From: Actinomycetes bacterium
GTDB taxonomy: Bacteria; Actinomycetota; Acidimicrobiia; Acidimicrobiales; Microtrichaceae
NCBI GenBank assembly: GCA_030621865.1
Contig: JAUXGW010000001.1
Span: 1-61,842, forward strand
Length of the DNA stretch: 61,842 bases
Direction of reading: 5' to 3'
Within the stretch, counting starts at the first letter, position 1, and the number at the start of each line of letters is the position of its first letter. Position numbers and translations under genes: made by a program. The notes under the pieces were generated by a model. It searched no databases. It was given only the letters and a program-made list of their open reading frames with translations, and was not told the origin of the DNA. Below are positions 56,081 to 61,842 of the stretch, one piece after another.

Positions 56081-59000
56081 GTGACCGACACCACATCTCC
56101 CAAGCCGGACGCACACCGCTCACAGCAGGAAGTCGGCCAGAACCAATGGCTGGTTGACGAGGTCTACGAGCGTTATCTGGCGGACCCGGCGTCGGTCAGC
56201 GTGAGTTGGCAGGAATTCTTCGACGGCTACCAGCCACCGGGCCGCCACGGTGCCCGTTCCACCCAGGCGCCACCGGAGGCCGAAACACCATCGGCGGCCG
56301 GACCAGAACCATTCAAGGAGTCCCAGAAGCCAGTCGACTCCCAGGAGGAAGAAGGCGAACCAATCCGGGGTGTTGGCGCTCGGATCGTGGCAAACATGGA
56401 AGCCAGCCTCGAAGTGCCCACGGCCACTTCCTACCGTGAGGTGCCGGCAAAACTGCTGGAGATCAACCGCAAGGTCATCAACGGGTATCTGGGACGCACC
56501 CGCGGCGGCAAGGTCAGCTTCACCCACTTGATCGGCTACGCACTCGTCACGGCACTCAGCGAGAGCGTTCCGTCACTCAACAACTCCTACGTTGAGGGAG
56601 CAGATGGCAAACCGCGCATCATCCGCAACAGCCATGTCGGTCTGGGCCTCGCGATCGACATGGAGAAGCCAGACGGCTCCAGGACGTTGCTGGTTCCGGT
56701 GATCAGGGACGCCGACACACTCGACTTCGCAGAATTCGTCGCCGCCTACGACGAGATGATCCGCAAGGCCAAGCGCAACAAGCTCGGGATCGACGACTTC
56801 AGCGGCGGCACGGTAACCCTCACCAACCCGGGAACGATCGGGACCGAACGATCGGTTCCGCGACTCATGCCGGGGCAGGGTGTGATCATCGGAGTGGGCA
56901 GTCTCGGTTACCCGACCGCTTTTGCCGGAGCGGATCCCCACACCCTCGCCGACCTCGGCGTGTCCAAGGTGATGACGATTTCGTCCACCTATGACCACCG
57001 GATAATTCAGGGCGCCGAATCGGGGCTGCTCCTCAAGAAACTCCATGACCTGCTGCTCGGCGACGACGAGTTCTACGACGAGATCTTCGCCGCTCTGGGC
57101 GTTCCGTACGAGGCGGTCATGTGGCGCCGCGATGTACACGCCGGCGACAGGGAGGACACCCAGGTCGCCAAGCAGATGCAGGTCTCCACGCTGATCAACA
57201 TGCACCGAGTGCGCGGCCATCTGATCGCCGACCTGGATCCGCTGTCAGCCCAGCCACCCGAAATGCACCCGGAGCTGGATCCCGCAACCTACGGCCTGAC
57301 CATCTGGGACCTGGATCGCGAGTTCCTGACCGGCGGTGAAGTGGGCATCTACGCCCCCGTTGGAGGTGTGACCCGTCAGGCACTCGGCGATCTGTTGCAC
57401 GTACTCCGCGATGCCTACTGCCGCACCGTGGGCATCGAATACATGCACATTCAGGAGCCAGAGGAGAAACGCTGGATCCAGGAACACGTCGAAGGCACAC
57501 CGATACGACTGACCAACGAAGACCAACGCCACATCCTGTCGATGCTCAACGGGGCCGAAGCCCTCGAGAAGTTCCTCGGCACCAAGTACCTGGGCCAGAA
57601 GCGATTCGGGCTCGAGGGTGCCGAGTCGCTGGTACCGATGCTTGACGCTCTACTCGAGGAAGCCGCCGACGATCATCTGGACTCAGCCGTGCTGGGCATG
57701 CCACACCGTGGTCGACTCAACGTGCTCGTCAACATCATCGGCAAGAAGTACAGCCAACTCTTCAGGGAGTTCGAAGGATACGTGGACCCGGAATCCATTC
57801 AGGGTTCAGGCGACGTCAAGTATCACCTCGGCCAGGAAGGCACATTCACCTCCCGCTCCGGTGCTGAACTGCCAGTTGAACTGGCTGCGAACCCATCACA
57901 TCTCGAAGCGGTCGGTCCCGTGGTGGAGGGAATCACCAGAGCTCGCATGGACCTGATTCCGAGCGACCCTGAGCGCAGGTTTCCGGTGCTGCCGGTACTC
58001 ATGCACGGTGACGCGGCGTTCGCGGGCCAGGGGGTGGTCGCAGAAACGCTCGCCATGTCCGACATCAAGGGATATCGCGTGGGTGGCACGGTCCACTTGA
58101 TCGTGAACAACCAGTTGGGCTTCACCACTCCGCCGGAATCGGCACGTTCCTCCGAATATTGCACGGACATCGCCAAGGGAGTTCAGGCACCCATATTCCA
58201 TGTGAACGGTGATGACCCAGAGGCCTGCGTCCGAGTCGCCCGCCTCGCCTATGCGTACCGCCAGCGATTCCACAAGGACGTGGTGATCGACATGGTTTGT
58301 TATCGCCGCCAGGGCCACAACGAAGGCGACGATCCCAGTTACACCCAGCCGGTCATGTATCGCACCATCGAAGCGAAGCGCCGCGTTCGCCAGACCTATG
58401 TGGAGAATCTGGTACGCAGGGGCGACATCAACCTTTCCGAAGCAGAGACTGCGCTCACCGACTTCCGCGAGCAATTGCAGACCGCTCTGGATGAGACCCG
58501 CGAAGCTGCACCCGAAGAAGACATCGTCGCCGCCCCGCATCCCCCCAACGTGGGTGTGCTGTCGCACATCGACACGGGTGTCACTCGTCCGGAACTGGAT
58601 CGTATCTTCGAAGTCATCGAGGGTGTCCCCGAAGACTTCACGATCCATCCCAAACTGGAGAAGCAGTTCAAGACCAGAAACGCCATGTACAACAGCGGCG
58701 AAATCGACTGGTCTCTGGCGGAGAACCTGGCCCTGGGCTCACTTCTCGCCGAAGGCACATCGGCTCGAGTAGCCGGCCAGGACACTCGGCGAGGCACTTT
58801 CTCCCACCGCCATTCCGCACTGTTCGACTACGTCAACGGCAAGGAGTTCACTCCCCTGTGTGGATTCACGAATGAGGAGACTCACCTGTGGATCTACGAC
58901 TCCCTGCTGTCGGAATATGCGGCGCTGGGGTTCGAGTACGGCTACTCGGTTGAGAATCAGGATGCACTGGTGATCTGGGAAGCTCAGTTCGGCGACTTCG

Positions 59001-59737
59001 CCAACGGAGCCCAGATCGTGATCGACCAATTCATCGTGGCTGCAGAGGACAAGTGGAAGCAGACTTCGGGCCTTGTCATGTTGTTGCCCCACGGTTTCGA
59101 GGGACAAGGACCGGAACACTCATCTGCACGACTGGAGCGATTCCTCACGCTCAGCGCCGAAGACAACATCCAGGTCTGCCAACCGACCACCCCGGCACAG
59201 TACTTCCATCTGCTGCGCCGGCAGGTCAACCGCAGCATCCGCAAACCTCTGGTGATTGCGACTCCCAAATCCGGGCTGCGCGACAAGCGATGGAAGTCGA
59301 GTGTGACGGACCTCGAAACCGGATCTTTCGAAGAGGTACTACCCGATCGGTCCGGACTGGACGCAGATTCGGTCACCCGGGTGGTTCTCGCCAGCGGAAA
59401 GATCGCCGTGGAGGCGATCACCAAACGCGACGCCCTGGGATTGAACATCCCGGTGATCCGCGTGGAGCAGCTCTACCCGTGGCCGGTTGACGCTCTGCGG
59501 GTCGAGCTGGCCAGGTTCGCGAATCTGGCAGAAGTGGTCTGGCTCCAGGAGGAGCCGAAGAACATGGGCGCGTGGAACTCCTCGAAGGGATATCTCTACG
59601 ACAACTTCGGAGACGATCTTGTGGTCCGCCGGGCCGGTCGCCCCGACGAAGGTTCTCCTGCCACGGGCAGCCATGCGATCCACGTGCAGGAACAGGAAAT
59701 GATTCTGGACGCCGCGTTCGCTCCACTGGAGGACTGA
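56081..59737 (+). CDS. kgd: Multifunctional 2-oxoglutarate dehydrogenase/decarboxylase E1 with an N-terminal E2-like acyltransferase domain (Kgd/OdhA type)
   Basis: 1218 aa. 'NQWLVDEVYERYL', an E2 catalytic-type 'SSTYDHRIIQGAESG', then E1o 'GMPHRGRLNVL', 'HGDAAFAGQGVV', 'NNQ.GFTT', 'LLPHGFEGQGPEHSSARLERFL'. Confidence 0.96.
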   Translation: MTDTTSPKPDAHRSQQEVGQNQWLVDEVYERYLADPASVSVSWQEFFDGYQPPGRHGARSTQAPPEAETPSAAGPEPFKESQKPVDSQEEEGEPIRGVGARIVANMEASLEVPTATSYREVPAKLLEINRKVINGYLGRTRGGKVSFTHLIGYALVTALSESVPSLNNSYVEGADGKPRIIRNSHVGLGLAIDMEKPDGSRTLLVPVIRDADTLDFAEFVAAYDEMIRKAKRNKLGIDDFSGGTVTLTNPGTIGTERSVPRLMPGQGVIIGVGSLGYPTAFAGADPHTLADLGVSKVMTISSTYDHRIIQGAESGLLLKKLHDLLLGDDEFYDEIFAALGVPYEAVMWRRDVHAGDREDTQVAKQMQVSTLINMHRVRGHLIADLDPLSAQPPEMHPELDPATYGLTIWDLDREFLTGGEVGIYAPVGGVTRQALGDLLHVLRDAYCRTVGIEYMHIQEPEEKRWIQEHVEGTPIRLTNEDQRHILSMLNGAEALEKFLGTKYLGQKRFGLEGAESLVPMLDALLEEAADDHLDSAVLGMPHRGRLNVLVNIIGKKYSQLFREFEGYVDPESIQGSGDVKYHLGQEGTFTSRSGAELPVELAANPSHLEAVGPVVEGITRARMDLIPSDPERRFPVLPVLMHGDAAFAGQGVVAETLAMSDIKGYRVGGTVHLIVNNQLGFTTPPESARSSEYCTDIAKGVQAPIFHVNGDDPEACVRVARLAYAYRQRFHKDVVIDMVCYRRQGHNEGDDPSYTQPVMYRTIEAKRRVRQTYVENLVRRGDINLSEAETALTDFREQLQTALDETREAAPEEDIVAAPHPPNVGVLSHIDTGVTRPELDRIFEVIEGVPEDFTIHPKLEKQFKTRNAMYNSGEIDWSLAENLALGSLLAEGTSARVAGQDTRRGTFSHRHSALFDYVNGKEFTPLCGFTNEETHLWIYDSLLSEYAALGFEYGYSVENQDALVIWEAQFGDFANGAQIVIDQFIVAAEDKWKQTSGLVMLLPHGFEGQGPEHSSARLERFLTLSAEDNIQVCQPTTPAQYFHLLRRQVNRSIRKPLVIATPKSGLRDKRWKSSVTDLETGSFEEVLPDRSGLDADSVTRVVLASGKIAVEAITKRDALGLNIPVIRVEQLYPWPVDALRVELARFANLAEVVWLQEEPKNMGAWNSSKGYLYDNFGDDLVVRRAGRPDEGSPATGSHAIHVQEQEMILDAAFAPLED

Positions 59738-59784
59738 CTCGGCAACAACCAGTTCCGGACACAGCGCCCGACCGCGCCGTCAGG

Positions 59785-60447
59785 TCAGCCATCCAGTGGT
59801 ATCCCCGTGATCTCCTCCAACTCGGCCAGGGCAACTGAGGGATCCACGACCTTGATGGTGTGCATACCCATTTCGCGTGCCGGTTTGAGGTTCACACCCA
59901 GGTCATCCAGGAACACCGATTGCCGCGGATCCACTCCGAGTTCGGTGATCGCGATCTCGTAGAACCGTCGCTCGGGTTTGCGCACTCCGACCACCGAGGA
60001 CTCGACAACCACGTCGAACAATCCCAGGAGATCACCGAAGCTCCCACCGCTCGACCAATCGGGATTACCCGATACGAAGTTGTTGGTGAGCAGGGCAATC
60101 TTGTGCGAGTCCTTCAGAGCCTCGATGGCATTCACCATCGCCGGCCGAAGCTCACCTTGCAGACAGCCAAGCACCTCCGCACCGGACAATTCGTGGCCGG
60201 CCAACGCCGCCTCCGCCTCGAACAGCTCCGCGAACTCCGCCAACCCGACGTCGGATCGCTCCAGCTGTGCCCAGGCGTTCGTATCCGGATTCGTGGCATT
60301 GATGGAGCGGATCGCGCCGTGCGGCAAACCCCTGCGAACCTCCAGATCATTGAAGGCATCAAAGGGGCTGCTGAGGATCACTCCACCGAAATCGAACAGG
60401 ACCGCGTTGGTTTCCACCAGAGAATCGTAAAGGAGTCCGCCATCCAC
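59785..60447 (-). CDS. HAD-superfamily hydrolase (subfamily IA)
   Basis: 'VLFDFGGVIL' motif I, 'LTNN' motif II, 'FLDDLG.N' motif III. Confidence 0.8.
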   Translation of the reverse strand: MDGGLLYDSLVETNAVLFDFGGVILSSPFDAFNDLEVRRGLPHGAIRSINATNPDTNAWAQLERSDVGLAEFAELFEAEAALAGHELSGAEVLGCLQGELRPAMVNAIEALKDSHKIALLTNNFVSGNPDWSSGGSFGDLLGLFDVVVESSVVGVRKPERRFYEIAITELGVDPRQSVFLDDLGVNLKPAREMGMHTIKVVDPSVALAELEEITGIPLDG

Positions 60448-60477
60448 CCTCCGCGAGGTGATTCACTTGAGTCCGAG

Positions 60478-61842
60478 ATGGACACTTCTCACCTGGTCGT
60501 AGACGGATCAAACATCGCCACTGAAGGGCGGTCCACCCCATCACTCGCGCAATTGAACGAGTCGGTCACGCAGTTCCTTGGCGAGGAACACTTCGACAAT
60601 GTGGTCGTGGTGGTGGATGCCAGCTTCCCCAATCGCATTGCAGATTCGGAGAAGGGGGAATTCGAAGAAGCGATCGTGGCGGGCGAGATTCTCACTCCTC
60701 CGGCAGGAACAATCGGGCGCGGTGACGCATTCGTGTTGACCATCGCCGAACGTTCCGGGGCCACGGTGCTGTCCAATGATTCGTTCCAGGAGTTCCACGG
60801 CGAACACCCCTGGTTGTTCGACGAGGGACGACTGATCGGCGGCAAGCCAGTTCCCGGAATCGGATGGGTGTTCACCGGCCGCATGCCGGTGAGGGGACCC
60901 AAGAGCAAACGGGCGGTTCGTGAGGCGAACGGCACTGACGGCCGGAAAAAGGCGAGCCCCGCCAAGAAAGTACCGGCAAAGAAGACACCGGCAAAGAAGA
61001 AGAGTTCCACCAAGAAGAAATCGTCCAGGAGCGAAGGTGCGAAGAAGTCGGCCGGGAAGTCACCGGCCAGGAGCGAAGAGGCCAAGGGGACTCCCTCCAG
61101 CAAGGGCCGACAGGGGCAGAAGAAGCAGGAGCGCAGGGCAACGAGTCAGCGCACGGGACCTGAGCCGACCAACAGTCCTGAAGCCTTCCTGGCGTTCATC
61201 TCCACTCACCAACCGGGCGCAGAGATCGACGGCGAAGTAGTGGAGTTCGCCTCACACGGCGCCTATGTGATGGCCGAGAGCACCCGCTGCTACGTGCCGT
61301 TGAAACTTCTCGGCTCACCACCTCCCCGCAGCGCGAAAGACGTGCTCACGATGGGTGAGGTGCGCCAATTTGTTGTGCAGGAATATGACCAACCTCGACG
61401 AGGTGTTGTTCTCCTGCCGACCGGGGTCGGACCATCCGATACCCATACCCGACAATCCGTGCCTTCTGACCAATCGGTCGGCGGCTCAGGTGTCGGATCC
61501 GACAACCACCCCGCCGAGGAGGCATCAGTGGCTACCAAGAAGAAAGCTCCAGCAAAGAAGAAGGCACCAGCCAAGAAGAAGGCAACCGCCAAGAAGGCAA
61601 CAACCAAGAAAGCCCCGGCAAAGAAAGCACCAGCCAAGAAGAAGGCAACCGCCAAGAAAGCCACCACCAAGAAAGCCCCGGCAAAGAAGGCACCCGCCAA
61701 GAAGAAGGCACCCGCCAAGAAGAAGGCAACGGCCAAAAAGGCAGCCACCAAGAAAGCACCCGCCAAGAAAGCACCAGCCAAGAAGAAGGCAACCGCCAAG
61801 AAGAAGGCCCCGGCAAAGAAGGCACCCGCCAAGAAGGCCCCG
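60478..61842 (+). CDS. Multidomain protein: Zc3h12a/Regnase-like NYN ribonuclease, Lys-rich linker, S1/OB domain and (A/P/T)AKK histone-H1-like tail. The 3' end is cut by the window
   Basis: Hand translation from ATG 60478 is open for 455 codons to the window edge, so there is no stop and it is absent from the track. 'HLVVDGSNIA', 'VVVVVDAS', 'GRGDAFVLTIAERSGATVLSNDSFQEF', 'LFDEGRLIGG'. 'GAEIDGEVVEFASHGAYVMAE...MGEVRQFVVQEYD'. Then AKKKAPAKKKATAKK... repeats. Confidence 0.8.
   Translation, partial: MDTSHLVVDGSNIATEGRSTPSLAQLNESVTQFLGEEHFDNVVVVVDASFPNRIADSEKGEFEEAIVAGEILTPPAGTIGRGDAFVLTIAERSGATVLSNDSFQEFHGEHPWLFDEGRLIGGKPVPGIGWVFTGRMPVRGPKSKRAVREANGTDGRKKASPAKKVPAKKTPAKKKSSTKKKSSRSEGAKKSAGKSPARSEEAKGTPSSKGRQGQKKQERRATSQRTGPEPTNSPEAFLAFISTHQPGAEIDGEVVEFASHGAYVMAESTRCYVPLKLLGSPPPRSAKDVLTMGEVRQFVVQEYDQPRRGVVLLPTGVGPSDTHTRQSVPSDQSVGGSGVGSDNHPAEEASVATKKKAPAKKKAPAKKKATAKKATTKKAPAKKAPAKKKATAKKATTKKAPAKKAPAKKKAPAKKKATAKKAATKKAPAKKAPAKKKATAKKKAPAKKAPAKKAP
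61531..61842. repeat. Coding tandem repeats: about 63-nt higher-order units built from 12/15-nt gcn-ccn-gcc-aag-aag(-aag) subunits
   Basis: 61564-61626 and 61627-61689 are near-identical 63-mers (APAKKKATAKKATTKKAPAKK). The pattern continues to the window end. Confidence 0.85.

Noticed and set aside
60489-61103. 204-aa minus-strand ORF
   Set aside because: It is antisense to the NYN-domain region, which has clear catalytic-motif collinearity with Zc3h12a.
61290-61832. 180-aa ORF 'AFFLAGAFFLAVAFF...' that looks like a repetitive membrane protein
   Set aside because: It is the exact reverse-complement reading of the AAG/GCC (AKK) repeat. The plus-strand ORF is continuous with the NYN and S1 domains, so the minus-strand ORF is the shadow.

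Overview
High-GC, gene-dense (about 95% coding) core-chromosome segment with actinobacterial hallmarks: Kgd-type 2-oxoglutarate dehydrogenase with a fused E2-like domain, GTP-type PckG, a WhiG/FliA sigma next to rpsB, and rnc-mutM-smc-ftsY...ffh synteny as in mycobacteria and streptomycetes. I call about 62 CDS. They cover isoprenoid synthesis (ispG, dxr), translation (rpsB, tsf, pyrH, frr, rpsP, rimM, trmD, rplS, rpmF, rpmB), SRP (ffh, ftsY), chromosome maintenance (smc, xerC, dprA, yifB/comM, recG, mutM, xthA, UvrD2-like helicase), central metabolism (pckG, kgd, galTK, amt, coaD, acpP), a MoxR-DUF58-VWA triad and several accessory operons. I see no rRNA, tRNA, CRISPR array or complete IS; the largest non-coding gap is about 275 nt. 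Many long ORFs in the track are antisense or out-of-frame artefacts of high GC. Three real genes are missing from the track: rpmF (59 aa), a left-edge HNH fragment, and a 455-codon ORF that runs off the right edge. Main second-look items: (1) that right-edge ORF, a Regnase/Zc3h12a-like NYN RNase fused to an S1 domain and a histone-H1-like (A/P)AKK tail; (2) a window-wide pattern of 12-23 nt tandem duplications, with periods that are multiples of 3 inside CDS and often not multiples of 3 where they copy a stop codon or lie between genes, including a triplicated ATGA stop/start junction between yifB and dprA that creates a 12-codon relay ORF; (3) two genes whose conserved N-termini can only be reached from a CTG codon overlapping the upstream TGA (CTGA); (4) a translationally coupled operon of flavin-reductase-like protein, M20 peptidase and DTBS-like P-loop protein; (5) an Fpg that has lost 3 of 4 zinc-finger cysteines. 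All functional calls come from reading motifs and synteny by eye; no searches were run.
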